A stretch of 64,000 bases of DNA from Clostridia bacterium. GTDB taxonomy: Bacteria; Bacillota; Clostridia; TANB77; CAG-508. A program made the position numbers and the translations under genes. The notes beneath the pieces were generated by a model. That model had not been told where the DNA came from. It ran no database searches and saw nothing but the letters and a program-made list of their open reading frames with translations. Below, in pieces: positions 18,026 through 27,975 of the stretch. The number at the start of each line of letters is the position of its first letter. The first letter of the stretch is position 1. The stretch spans positions 4,389 to 68,388 of the forward strand of contig JAFTJF010000006.1 of the NCBI GenBank assembly GCA_017456555.1, read 5' to 3'.

Positions 18026-20713
18026 TTATTTTAATGAAGCAAGTCTTTCTTCAACTGTTTTTAACATTTGTTTATAATTTTCAAGTTTTGCTTTTTCTTC
18101 ATTTACTTTAGCTTCTGGCGCTTTATTAACAAATCCTGGATTTGAAAGCATTTTTTCTCCCCTTAATACTTCTGCTTCAAGTTTTGTTTTTTCACCTTCT
18201 AATCTTTTTATTTCCTCTTCAATATCAACTAATTCTTCAAAAGGTATAAATACTTTTAAATCATCAACTACTATTGATACTGCATTTTGAGGTACTTCAG
18301 ATTCGTCTTTTACAATTATAATTTCGTTAGCAAAACCTAATTTTGTCAAAAACTCTTCAGCTTCTTTAATTTCTTTTTCAATATCATTTGAAACTATCAT
18401 TAATTTTGATTTTTTTGCTGGGTGAACATTCATTTTTGTTCTTATATTTCTAATTTCAACAATAAGTTTTTTAAGTTTTTCAACAGTTGCTTCTTCTTTG
18501 TCAAATACAAACTCATCTCTTATTGTTGGCCAATTTGAAACCATTAAATCTTCTGTTCCAAAGCATATTAATTTTGAATATATTTCTGATGTTACAAATG
18601 GCATAAATGGATGTAATAGTTTTAAAGATGAACTAAATACATGATTTAATATATCACTTACAGCAACACGAGTAGCTTCATCTTCACTATAAATTCTTGG
18701 TTTTACCATTTCAATATACCAATCGCAGAATTCATTCCACATAAATCCATAAATTTTGTCAACTGCAATTCCCAAATCATAATTATCTAAATTTTTGCTT
18801 ACTTCTTGAACTAATTTATCAAATTTATTTAAAATCCATTTATCTTCAATTCTTAAACGTTCTGGATTATACTTGTGTTCTTTCTCATAAACTTCATAGC
18901 AGAATTCTCTTACTTTTTCATCATCTGCTAAGTTCATTGTAATAAATTTTGCAGCATTCCAGATTTTGTTTGCAAAGTTTGCTGCTTGGTCTAATTTTTC
19001 TGGCATAAATCTAATGTCATTTCCCATTGTTGTTCCAGAAAGAAGTGAAAATCTTAAACTATCTGTTCCATATTGGTCAATTACATCTAATGGATCTATA
19101 CCATTTCCAAGTGTTTTAGACATTTTTCTTCCTTGGTTATCTCTTACAATACCATGTACTAAAACATCTTTAAATGGAACTTGGTTTGTAAATTCTAAAC
19201 CTTGTGTCATCATTCTTGAAATCCAGAATGTTATAATATCAAATCCAGTTACTAATGTTTGAGTTGGATAGAAATCTTTATAATCTTCTGATTCTTCATT
19301 TGGCCAACCTAAAGTACTAAATGGCCATAATGCAGAACTAAACCAAGTATCTAATGTATCTGGGTCTTGTACTAATTTTGTGCTTCCACATTTTGTGCAT
19401 TTTTCTGGCATTTCTTTTGCAACATGAATTTCACCACATTTTTCACAATAATATGCTGGAATTCTGTGCCCCCACCAAAGTTGTCTTGAAATACACCAGT
19501 CTTGAATATTATCAAGCCAATGGAAATATTGTTTTTCATATCTTTGAGGTACAAATTTTGTTTCCCCATTTCTTACACTATCTGCAGCTCTTTTAGCTAA
19601 ATCTTTCATACTTACAAACCATTGCTCTGAAACTTTTGGTTCGATTGTATTTTTACATCTTTCACATTTTGCAACATTGTGTGTGTAATCTTCAGTATTT
19701 ACTAAAGCACCAATTTCTTCTAGTTTTTCTACTATTTTTTGTCTTGCTTCTTTTAATTCCATTCCTTTATATTCAGGAACTAAATCTCCCATTTTAAAAT
19801 CTTTATCAAATACTTCAATAAATTCTAAGTTATGTCTTAAACCTGCTTGATAGTCATTCATATCATGAGCTGGTGTTATTTTAACACAACCTGTTCCAAA
19901 TTCCATTTCAACAAAATCATCTGCTATAATTGGAATTTCTTTATTCATAATAGGAAGTATACAAGTTTTTCCAACTAAATCTTTATATCTTTCATCGTCT
20001 GGATGTACTGCTACTGCTGTATCTCCAAGCATTGTTTCTGGTCTTGTTGTGGCAACTTCAATATATTGGTCTTCTGTTCCTGTAATTTTATATCTAATAT
20101 GCCATAAATGTGATGGTTCTTCTTTATACTCAACTTCAGCATCTGATATAGAAGTATTACAACTTGTACACCAGTTAACCATTCTTTTTCCTTTATAAAT
20201 TAAACCTTTGTTATATAATTTTATAAATTGTTCTAAAACAGCATCTGACATTCCTTCATCTAATGTAAATCTGTTTCTTTCCCAGTCACAAGAACATCCA
20301 AGTTTTCTTTGTTGTTTTTGGATAATTCCACCATATTCTTTAGTCCAAGCCCATGCTTCATCTAAGAATCCTTCTCTTCCTAATTCTTCTTTTGATTTTC
20401 CTTCTGCTTTTAATTTTTGAACAACTTTCATTTCTGTAGAAATAGCAGCATGGTCAGTTCCAGGAAGCCATAAAGTTCTATAGCCTCTCATTCTTTTATA
20501 TCTAATTAAAACATCTTGAATTGTATCATCAAGAGCATGTCCCATATGAAGTTTTCCAGTTACATTTGGAGGTGGCATCATAATACAATATGGTTCTTTA
20601 GTTTTATCATCTGATGGTTTAAAGAAACCTTTGCTTTCCCACTCCTCATATAATTTGTCTTCAAAATCTTTTGGATTAAATTTGTCTGCTAATTTGTGTT
20701 TTTCGTTCATCAT
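18026..20713 (-). CDS. valS: valine--tRNA ligase
   Basis: 895 aa with a HIGH-type motif (KLHMGHAL), KMSKT, and a C-terminal coiled coil. Confidence 0.95.
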   Translation of the reverse strand: MMNEKHKLADKFNPKDFEDKLYEEWESKGFFKPSDDKTKEPYCIMMPPPNVTGKLHMGHALDDTIQDVLIRYKRMRGYRTLWLPGTDHAAISTEMKVVQKLKAEGKSKEELGREGFLDEAWAWTKEYGGIIQKQQRKLGCSCDWERNRFTLDEGMSDAVLEQFIKLYNKGLIYKGKRMVNWCTSCNTSISDAEVEYKEEPSHLWHIRYKITGTEDQYIEVATTRPETMLGDTAVAVHPDDERYKDLVGKTCILPIMNKEIPIIADDFVEMEFGTGCVKITPAHDMNDYQAGLRHNLEFIEVFDKDFKMGDLVPEYKGMELKEARQKIVEKLEEIGALVNTEDYTHNVAKCERCKNTIEPKVSEQWFVSMKDLAKRAADSVRNGETKFVPQRYEKQYFHWLDNIQDWCISRQLWWGHRIPAYYCEKCGEIHVAKEMPEKCTKCGSTKLVQDPDTLDTWFSSALWPFSTLGWPNEESEDYKDFYPTQTLVTGFDIITFWISRMMTQGLEFTNQVPFKDVLVHGIVRDNQGRKMSKTLGNGIDPLDVIDQYGTDSLRFSLLSGTTMGNDIRFMPEKLDQAANFANKIWNAAKFITMNLADDEKVREFCYEVYEKEHKYNPERLRIEDKWILNKFDKLVQEVSKNLDNYDLGIAVDKIYGFMWNEFCDWYIEMVKPRIYSEDEATRVAVSDILNHVFSSSLKLLHPFMPFVTSEIYSKLICFGTEDLMVSNWPTIRDEFVFDKEEATVEKLKKLIVEIRNIRTKMNVHPAKKSKLMIVSNDIEKEIKEAEEFLTKLGFANEIIIVKDESEVPQNAVSIVVDDLKVFIPFEELVDIEEEIKRLEGEKTKLEAEVLRGEKMLSNPGFVNKAPEAKVNEEKAKLENYKQMLKTVEERLASLK

Positions 20714-20734
20714 TTTTCCTCCCTTTAAAATTAA

Positions 20735-21060
20735 TTTTTGGGTTTAGTATAAAAACAAAAATGCCCTTATACTAAACGTATAAGGGCGATTTATCAAAAT
20801 CACGGTACCACCTTAATTAATTATTTTATTCTATATTTTACATACTATAAAACTTTTACCATCTAATATTTATAGATTAAAATAATCATCTCATTAAAGT
20901 TTTTAACGCAACCTACGCGGATATTCTTACTTTTAATTTCAGAATATCGACTCCAAAGCTACCTTCAGTAAAGCTTTCTATAAGAAGTTCACAGCGCATC
21001 ACTTCTTTTCTCTTTCTAGTAGTTTTTTACTTACTCCTCTTTTTCTTCGTCTTTAACTAT
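20735..21060 (-). promoter_or_regulatory. T-box leader controlling valS
   Basis: The minus strand carries AATTAAGGTGGTACCGTG (plus-strand 20799-20816), followed by the terminator GCCCTTATAC-gttta-GTATAAGGGC (20763-20787) and TTTTTGTTTTT. Confidence 0.8.
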
Positions 21061-21148
21061 GTTTTATATATTAACATAATTTCCCAAATAAATCAATATT
21101 AAAATTAATTTTTGTCAAAATATTCGAGCTTCATATCTTCAAAAAAAT

Positions 21149-21175
21149 AAATGCAAATACTTTTAATTTGCATTT
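21149..21175 (-). terminator. intrinsic terminator ending the pyr-lemA transcription block
   Basis: AAATGCAAAT-actttta-ATTTGCATTT, with a U-run on the minus strand. Confidence 0.7.
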
Positions 21176-21186
21176 ATCTATATCTA

Positions 21187-22125
21187 TTATAAATCATAAA
21201 CTGAATTTATATTTTCAATTGTTGCTTTCATAATTTCTATCGGATAGTAAATTACTCTATAATAACTTTTTAATAAATCTTTACTTAATCCTGAAGTAAA
21301 CATTGGTGGTTCAAACAATTGATTATTCGTTTTAAATCTAAAGAAAATTCTATCTTGACTTATTTTTACTTCAATTACATTATTATAATATTTAGTTATT
21401 TCCAAATATTTTTCAATTAAATCTGAAGTAAAAATTCTCATTGTAGAAATTTTATCTGCAGTCATACAATCATAATATTTTTCAAATTCATATGATTCCA
21501 TTTCAACTCTATCTTTGCTATATTTTCTAAAGTTAGAATTACTTTTTATATGAATTTCTGATAAAGTATTTCTCTTCAATCTTATAGTCCCATAAAGCCC
21601 TCTAAAGGTTTCTGTTTTTTCTTCATGAACATTACCTTCGTCATCTTTGGTTCTTTCTATTACATGTGTTACAACTTCAGACATCTGAAAATTTTCACCA
21701 TTTTCTAATTTTCCATATACTCTATCTTCTGAATAAAATTCATCAAAAGATCTATCAAAATTAGATATTAAATATTCTGTTTTCATTACTCCTAATTTAG
21801 CATCATAATAATATCTTTGATTATATCCTTTTATAATTCCTTCTATTACATATTGCTTATAAAGCCTTCTGTAATTTGCATTCGCTGATATTGCAACAAT
21901 CATTACAACACAAACAGATATACTCATAGATAAACCAATTAGTGTTTTGTATTTTGGATGAAGATAAAAGCCAAAATTTACTACTATTATTATTAATATA
22001 AGAATAAGCAAACATTTATTATTTTTATTTTTTATATCTTGCAAATTTGCTTTACAAGATGCATAAATTTTATTATATATTTGTTCGAAACTTTCATTAA
22101 AACTATCTTCAAAGCTTTTTTTCAT
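21187..22125 (-). CDS. two-TM membrane protein, probably the DUF3137-type LemA partner
   Basis: Two N-terminal TM helices and a soluble domain. Lies immediately downstream of lemA, the arrangement I recall for DUF3137 proteins. Confidence 0.4.
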   Translation of the reverse strand: MKKSFEDSFNESFEQIYNKIYASCKANLQDIKNKNNKCLLILILIIIVVNFGFYLHPKYKTLIGLSMSISVCVVMIVAISANANYRRLYKQYVIEGIIKGYNQRYYYDAKLGVMKTEYLISNFDRSFDEFYSEDRVYGKLENGENFQMSEVVTHVIERTKDDEGNVHEEKTETFRGLYGTIRLKRNTLSEIHIKSNSNFRKYSKDRVEMESYEFEKYYDCMTADKISTMRIFTSDLIEKYLEITKYYNNVIEVKISQDRIFFRFKTNNQLFEPPMFTSGLSKDLLKSYYRVIYYPIEIMKATIENINSVYDL

Positions 22126-22191
22126 ATTTACCTCTTTTGCGATTAAATTGCTAAAATCGTCAACTTTTTATTGACGACTTTAGTCTACCTC

Positions 22192-22722
22192 TTACAAATT
22201 AACATTTATATTTTCTTTTTTATATTCTTCTATTTCGAAAAGACTTTCTTCATAAAATCCAAAAATTCCTGCAAAAATATTATTTGGGAAAGTACTTATT
22301 GCTGTATTGTATAAAGTAACATCTCCATTATACACTCTTCTTGCAGCTTGAAGCTGGCTCTCCATTTTTGTTAAATTCTTTTGTAAATTTAAAAATTGTT
22401 CACTTGCTTTTAAATTTGGATTACTTTCTCCAACAGCCATTAATCTATTAAATTCTGAATTTAGTTCAGCGCCTTTTTTTAAGTCTTTTTTGGCTGAGAA
22501 TTCTGAACGCAATTCTGCAATTTTTGTAAAAGTTTCTGATTCATATCTCATATAACCTTTAACACATTCAACTAAATTTGGTATTAAGTCAAATCTTTGA
22601 TTTAAATATACTTCAATTGCAGATCTTGATTGTTTTATTTTATTTTTTAAATTTACAAATTTATTAAATTCTAAAATTGTAATCATTACAATTAATACTA
22701 CTAAAAATCCTAAAATTATCAT
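22192..22722 (-). CDS. lemA: LemA family protein
   Basis: N-terminal TM helix plus typical LemA blocks (YLNQRFDLIPNLVE...AELR...ENRI-like ARRVYNGDV..YN). Confidence 0.8.
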   Translation of the reverse strand: MIILGFLVVLIVMITILEFNKFVNLKNKIKQSRSAIEVYLNQRFDLIPNLVECVKGYMRYESETFTKIAELRSEFSAKKDLKKGAELNSEFNRLMAVGESNPNLKASEQFLNLQKNLTKMESQLQAARRVYNGDVTLYNTAISTFPNNIFAGIFGFYEESLFEIEEYKKENINVNL

Positions 22723-22740
22723 CTCTATACCACTTTCTTA

Positions 22741-23652
22741 CTAATTCATTTGAACTGTTCCTATAATAGAATTTATATCTTCTATATTATGCTTTTTCAT
22801 ATATTTTTCAATTCCGTCAATTGTTTTTATTGCTGTTTCTGGATCTGCAAAATTTCCAGCTCCAATTGAAACAGCTGTAGCACCAGCAAGCATATATTCA
22901 ATTGCGTCATCTCCATTCATAATTCCACCCATTCCTAAGATTGGAATATTTATAGCTTTTGACATTTGATATACCATTCTTACACCAACTGATCTAATTC
23001 CAGGTCCTGAATATCCACCTGTATTATTTGCTAAAACTGGTCTTCTTTTATCTATATCAATTTTCATACCAAGTAAAGTGTTGATTCCTGATACTCCATC
23101 AGCACCAGCATCTTCAGCGCCTTTTGCAGGAGCTGTTATATCTGTAACATTTGGTGTCAATTTTACTATTAATGGTTTATCTGTTAAAACTTTTCTAACT
23201 TGAGATGTAACTTCTTTTACCCCTTCATAACTTGTTCCAAATGCTAAACATCCAGCTTTTACATTTGGACAAGAAAGATTAAGTTCAACACCGTCAATAT
23301 CTAATTTATTTAATATTCTACAAAGTTCGACATAATCTTCTATAGTACTTCCACAAGCATTTACAATTATTTTTGTATCAAATTTTCTAAGCCATGGTAA
23401 ATCAAATTCTGCAAAATATTCAACACCTGGATTTTGAAGTCCAATACTATTTAGCATTCCACCTGGAACTTCACAAATTCTTGGAGCTGGATTTCCTGGT
23501 CTTAATTTTAAAGATGTTCCTTTTGTTATAATTCCACCTAATTTATTTAGGTCAATATATTGTGAATATTCTCTTCCATATCCAAATGTACCTGATGCAA
23601 CAGTTACCGGATTTTTCATTTTAATTCCACATAAATTCACTTCTGTATTCAT
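22741..23652 (-). CDS. pyrD: dihydroorotate dehydrogenase B, catalytic subunit
   Basis: 303 aa with ASGTFGYG, NLSCPNV (class 1B active-site Cys) and GGI..G.DA. pyrK lies upstream. Confidence 0.9.
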   Translation of the reverse strand: MNTEVNLCGIKMKNPVTVASGTFGYGREYSQYIDLNKLGGIITKGTSLKLRPGNPAPRICEVPGGMLNSIGLQNPGVEYFAEFDLPWLRKFDTKIIVNACGSTIEDYVELCRILNKLDIDGVELNLSCPNVKAGCLAFGTSYEGVKEVTSQVRKVLTDKPLIVKLTPNVTDITAPAKGAEDAGADGVSGINTLLGMKIDIDKRRPVLANNTGGYSGPGIRSVGVRMVYQMSKAINIPILGMGGIMNGDDAIEYMLAGATAVSIGAGNFADPETAIKTIDGIEKYMKKHNIEDINSIIGTVQMN

Positions 23653-23666
23653 AAAACACTCTCCTT

Positions 23667-25337
23667 TTATTTTATTATTAAATCTTCTATACTTACTTGT
23701 TCTTTTGTCAAGCTTCCCCCAACAAATTGAACTTGATAATCCAAAACTATTTCTTCTAAGTTTCCATCTACTGCTCTTAATTTGTGTTTACCTAATTTTT
23801 CTTTTGTAATAGGATATCTTATTAAATTATCATATTCCATTTCTTGTTCTATTTTGCCAGTTTCAACATCTATAACTTCATATTTATTAATTCCTTCAGT
23901 ATCAACCTGTACTTCTATTAAATATTCGTCATCTCCAATTGCTGTTACTCTGTCAAATCCATAATATTGAGCTATAATAACATTTACAGGCATTTTATAA
24001 ATAAATTCCGGAAAGAAATTATATATGTTTATTCCGTCTTCTCTATGAATCCATTGCAAAAATTCAAACTGACTTACAACAATATCTTTTTCTCCTCTTG
24101 CTTTTGCTTCTTCATATTGAGCAGTTACTTTTTCTTTATAAGGAATTATGTAATTAATTTGCCCTAAAGTACTTGGTGAAAATCTACCAAATACAAATAA
24201 TGTAAGTAATATTGAAATTACTGCAATTGTTTTTTCATAATTTTTAAATTTTTCTGCTAAATAATATACATTTTTTGCCAGTACAATCATAAACATAGTT
24301 TCATATGCTAAAAATGCTCTTGGTGGAAAATATGCTATAACTGCCATTGGAAGTGTAGCAATTAATGCTGGTATTATAAAATATAAAAGTTCTTCTTTTA
24401 AAATTCCAAAATTATATTCCTTTATTTTTAAATCCTTAAGTTTTAATTTATTCCAATTTTCAACTATGCAAACTATTATCATACTTATAACAGTTACTAA
24501 AATTGGACCAGAATTATCTCTATAATTATATAAAAACTCCCAAGAAAAACTTGTATCTATTTGTTCTACTCTTGTGAAATTTCCTGGTGCGAATATACAA
24601 GCAAATGCTCCTAAACAAAACATTATAAATGTTAATATTATAAATATTTTTTTAGTTTTTTCAAATTTCAAAAACTTTTTTATATTGAATAATATTAAAC
24701 ATACTAAAAATGCTCCACCAACAAAAGAAACATTTTCATGCATAAATCCTGTTACAAAAGCAAATAAAACTAATTCAATTTTTCCAAGTATATTTATTTT
24801 TTTCTCATCTTTAAAATAATTATAAAAATAATATATAAAAATTACTAAAAACGTACTTGCCCACAAATAATTAAACGACCCACTTATCCAAGCGAATTTT
24901 TCTCCAAACATTTTACTAAAAGTTAAATATCCAAATACTGAAAGCAGCCCTAAAAAGGTTGATTTTTTATTTAAAACTTTTGTAATTGTTGTTATGAATA
25001 TTATAAATACAAAACTATTTACAACTTCATACATTAATTCATTCATGTTTCTAAAAAGTCCAATTAATACATGTGGTATTACTCTACCTGTCCAATTGTT
25101 ATAAAAATATTTTGCCGTTTCTAAAGCATTTTCCAAAGAATCCACTCTTTTTTGCATATATGTTCCTTGAACAAAAGTATAATTATAATCATCTGGACTT
25201 AGTAAAACTGAATGACAAAGTAAGAATAAACTTCCAAATATTAATAATATTAATCCAAGCTTAGCAGAAATTTTTATAAAGTTTGATATTTTTTCTTTTT
25301 CAAACTTTTTACCAAATATGTTAATTTCTGTTTCCAT
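23667..25337 (-). CDS. polytopic membrane protein (556 aa, at least 10 predicted TM helices plus a soluble tail of about 130 aa), function unknown
   Basis: Hydrophobic periodicity throughout. N-terminal DDYNY...WTGRVIPH block. The gene is 10 nt after pyrK and 14 nt before pyrD. Confidence 0.6.
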   Translation of the reverse strand: METEINIFGKKFEKEKISNFIKISAKLGLILLIFGSLFLLCHSVLLSPDDYNYTFVQGTYMQKRVDSLENALETAKYFYNNWTGRVIPHVLIGLFRNMNELMYEVVNSFVFIIFITTITKVLNKKSTFLGLLSVFGYLTFSKMFGEKFAWISGSFNYLWASTFLVIFIYYFYNYFKDEKKINILGKIELVLFAFVTGFMHENVSFVGGAFLVCLILFNIKKFLKFEKTKKIFIILTFIMFCLGAFACIFAPGNFTRVEQIDTSFSWEFLYNYRDNSGPILVTVISMIIVCIVENWNKLKLKDLKIKEYNFGILKEELLYFIIPALIATLPMAVIAYFPPRAFLAYETMFMIVLAKNVYYLAEKFKNYEKTIAVISILLTLFVFGRFSPSTLGQINYIIPYKEKVTAQYEEAKARGEKDIVVSQFEFLQWIHREDGINIYNFFPEFIYKMPVNVIIAQYYGFDRVTAIGDDEYLIEVQVDTEGINKYEVIDVETGKIEQEMEYDNLIRYPITKEKLGKHKLRAVDGNLEEIVLDYQVQFVGGSLTKEQVSIEDLIIK

Positions 25338-25347
25338 TATTTTCTCC

Positions 25348-26133
25348 TTAGATTTCTACATCTGCTGCATTAAATACAGGTCCTTCTTTACAAACATGAC
25401 CATATCTTGGTTCTGTTCCAGATATTACTTTTACAGCACATCCAAGGCATGCTCCAATTCCACATCCCATTCTTTCTTCTAGAGAAATTTGACATGGTAT
25501 ATTATTTTCAATTGCATAAGCTCTTACAGCTTTAAGCATTGGAAGTGGTCCACATGCAAATATCATATCTACCATATTTTCTTCAATATCTTTTTTCATA
25601 AAGTCAATTGCATAACCTTTTTCTTTGTAGCTTCCATCATCTGTTGTTACAACTAATTTATTTAATCCAATTGCTTCAAATTCTTTTTCACAAGTTACTA
25701 AAGATTTATCTCTAAATCCTAAATAAACATTTAAATTTGCTTTTCCTTTTAATTGTTTTGTAAGTTCATGTAAAGGATATGTTCCAATTCCACCACCAAT
25801 TATTGCAACATTTTTATATTCTTGAACTTTAAATGCTCCAAATCCAAGTGGTCCCATAATATCAATTAAATCACCTATTTTTCTTTCTGCAAGAAGCTCT
25901 GTTCCTCTTCCTTTTACTTGGAATATAAATTCAACTTCTCCAGCTTCTTTATCAATATTATAAATACTGATAGGTCTTCTTAAAAAAGGCTCTCCTGTTT
26001 CAGAAACTTTAATCTCTAAAAATTGTCCAGCTCTTGCATCTTTTGCAATTTCTGGTGCTTTTACTGAGAATTTATAAATCCCATCAATAAGCATTTCTTT
26101 TCTTAATAATTCGCATTTAACTTTTACGCCCAT
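25348..26133 (-). CDS. pyrK: dihydroorotate dehydrogenase B electron-transfer subunit
   Basis: FAD/NAD-binding fold (RRPISI, GGGIG) and a C-terminal 2Fe-2S cluster motif CGIGACLGCAV. Confidence 0.9.
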   Translation of the reverse strand: MGVKVKCELLRKEMLIDGIYKFSVKAPEIAKDARAGQFLEIKVSETGEPFLRRPISIYNIDKEAGEVEFIFQVKGRGTELLAERKIGDLIDIMGPLGFGAFKVQEYKNVAIIGGGIGTYPLHELTKQLKGKANLNVYLGFRDKSLVTCEKEFEAIGLNKLVVTTDDGSYKEKGYAIDFMKKDIEENMVDMIFACGPLPMLKAVRAYAIENNIPCQISLEERMGCGIGACLGCAVKVISGTEPRYGHVCKEGPVFNAADVEI

Positions 26134-26214
26134 TTTTTCCTCCCATTTATTTTTAATTGTTTTATTTTTTATACCTTCAAATTTGTATAATCATTTCCAT
26201 TCTTAAGTTTATTT

Positions 26215-26715
26215 TTATTTAACTAATCCTTTATATTGTTCTTCATATTTTCCATATCTTAAATATTTACTTTCATTATTAAAAGATGCATTTGATTTTT
26301 TATCATAAGTTTCTTCTGGAATCTCAGTTAATTCTTCAAAGAAAATTTGTGCTATTTTAAAATCCTTTTTTAATATTATTTCTGAAGAACTCATGTTATA
26401 AACTCTTAAAAAGCTATAGCTTTTATGTCCAGGTTGATATACTGGTCCAGAAACAAATAATCCTAGTCTTAACAAAGAATTTTTTTCTACTATTCTTCCA
26501 ATCATATTTTCTGGAATATTTAGTTCTTCATTTGTTTTAACAATTACAAATTCTTGTGGTTTTAAAATATATTCTCCTGCGATATCATCTTCTGCAATTA
26601 CATTATCAATTGTTAAATCATATGATACACATCCTAGATTTTCTGGTTTATAATTTTCGCTAATTAATAAACCATTTTGCACTAATGCTTTGATATCTCT
26701 ATCAACTAATACCAT
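26215..26715 (-). CDS. dcd: dCTP deaminase / dUTPase-superfamily protein
   Basis: N-terminus MVLVDRDIKALVQNGLL... and a size of 166 aa are typical of Dcd-like proteins. Confidence 0.6.
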   Translation of the reverse strand: MVLVDRDIKALVQNGLLISENYKPENLGCVSYDLTIDNVIAEDDIAGEYILKPQEFVIVKTNEELNIPENMIGRIVEKNSLLRLGLFVSGPVYQPGHKSYSFLRVYNMSSSEIILKKDFKIAQIFFEELTEIPEETYDKKSNASFNNESKYLRYGKYEEQYKGLVK

Positions 26716-26735
26716 TTTCCATTTCCTCCTTTTAT

Positions 26736-27557
26736 TTAAATGAAAAATTCTACACTATATTCTGCACAAAACTCTCCGTTTGGTTCTAATTTTAGAATAT
26801 TTTCTTTATTTTTATAAATTCCATCAGAATCTATTTTATCTGTTGTGTTAAACCATGGTTCTATACAAACAAATGGTGCTCCTGGTTTTGACCAAACTCC
26901 TAAATATGGGAATCCTTTAAATTCAAAAGCAAGTATTGTTTTAGTTTCTGTTTTTAAATATATTTTATCTGAATTTATATTTTTTATTATAAGTGCATCT
27001 TTTTCAAAAGTTTTTTCATTTAAGAAAATTCGGTTTTCTCTAAAATATTTGCTTAACTTTTCTGGAGTATTTTTTAGTAATCCGTTTTCTAATTGATATA
27101 TTTCTAGTTTATCTTCAATATCTTCGAATTCTAATCTATATTGACCACTTGCATATTCACAAGCATATGCAGGATGTCCTCCAAGTCCAAAGTACATTAT
27201 TCTAGAATCTTTATTTACAACTTTATATTTAGTTGTAACTTTATTTTTTTGAACTTCATGAGAAATATAAAGTTCAAAATCATATGGATATTTTAATTTT
27301 GTTTCTTCATTAGATTTTAGAACATATGAATTTTCTCCGATTTGTTCAAATTCCATATCTCTAGCAAATCCATGTTGTCCCATTTCATATTCATTACCCT
27401 CAATAATTGTTTTTCCATCTTTTAATTTTCCAACTATTGGAAACAATACTGGGCTATGTCTATTCCAAAAACTTTCTCCATCATGCATTTTTTCAATTCC
27501 ATTTGCTTTTACAGAAACTAGTTCTGCACCTTTATTTACTGTCTTAATCTCTAACAT
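26736..27557 (-). CDS. aldose 1-epimerase family protein (LacX-like)
   Basis: RHSPVLFPIVGKLKDG...YEMGQHGFARDMEF matches the conserved mutarotase-like core. Overlaps the upstream gene by 14 nt. Confidence 0.7.
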   Translation of the reverse strand: MLEIKTVNKGAELVSVKANGIEKMHDGESFWNRHSPVLFPIVGKLKDGKTIIEGNEYEMGQHGFARDMEFEQIGENSYVLKSNEETKLKYPYDFELYISHEVQKNKVTTKYKVVNKDSRIMYFGLGGHPAYACEYASGQYRLEFEDIEDKLEIYQLENGLLKNTPEKLSKYFRENRIFLNEKTFEKDALIIKNINSDKIYLKTETKTILAFEFKGFPYLGVWSKPGAPFVCIEPWFNTTDKIDSDGIYKNKENILKLEPNGEFCAEYSVEFFI

Positions 27558-27957
27558 TATTTTGTCTCTCCTTTATCACTAGTTCTTTATATCCAGTTGA
27601 ATTATCAAATTCTCTTGAAAATTCATATTCATCAAATTCACCTAAAACAATTTCTGCTGTCACATTTACTAAACAATTATCTTTTAAGTGCCCACCTATT
27701 GTTTGTAAATTTACATCTGATAAACTCACATGTATATGGCATCCGTCCATTGATAATGTTCCTGTTGCAGATACTATTTCATAATCTTCATTTATTGTTT
27801 TTACAGTAACACCATCAGCAGTTCTTAAACATACTTGATATAAGCATCCAACTGCTGATAATATTACACCTGATTTTATTTTTTTATCAACAACATATTG
27901 TTCTATTGATTTTTTCAAGTCCATTCCTTTGGTTAATCTAAAAGCATGTATTTTCAT
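27544..27957 (-). CDS. PPC (DUF296) domain protein
   Basis: 137 aa. The pattern MKIHAFRL..G.DL...I......K..SG.ILSAVG......LR..DG and G..S.DG.HIH.SLSD is typical of PPC/DUF296 proteins. Confidence 0.5.
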   Translation of the reverse strand: MKIHAFRLTKGMDLKKSIEQYVVDKKIKSGVILSAVGCLYQVCLRTADGVTVKTINEDYEIVSATGTLSMDGCHIHVSLSDVNLQTIGGHLKDNCLVNVTAEIVLGEFDEYEFSREFDNSTGYKELVIKERQNNVRD

Positions 27958-27975
27958 TTGATACCTCTTTTTATA

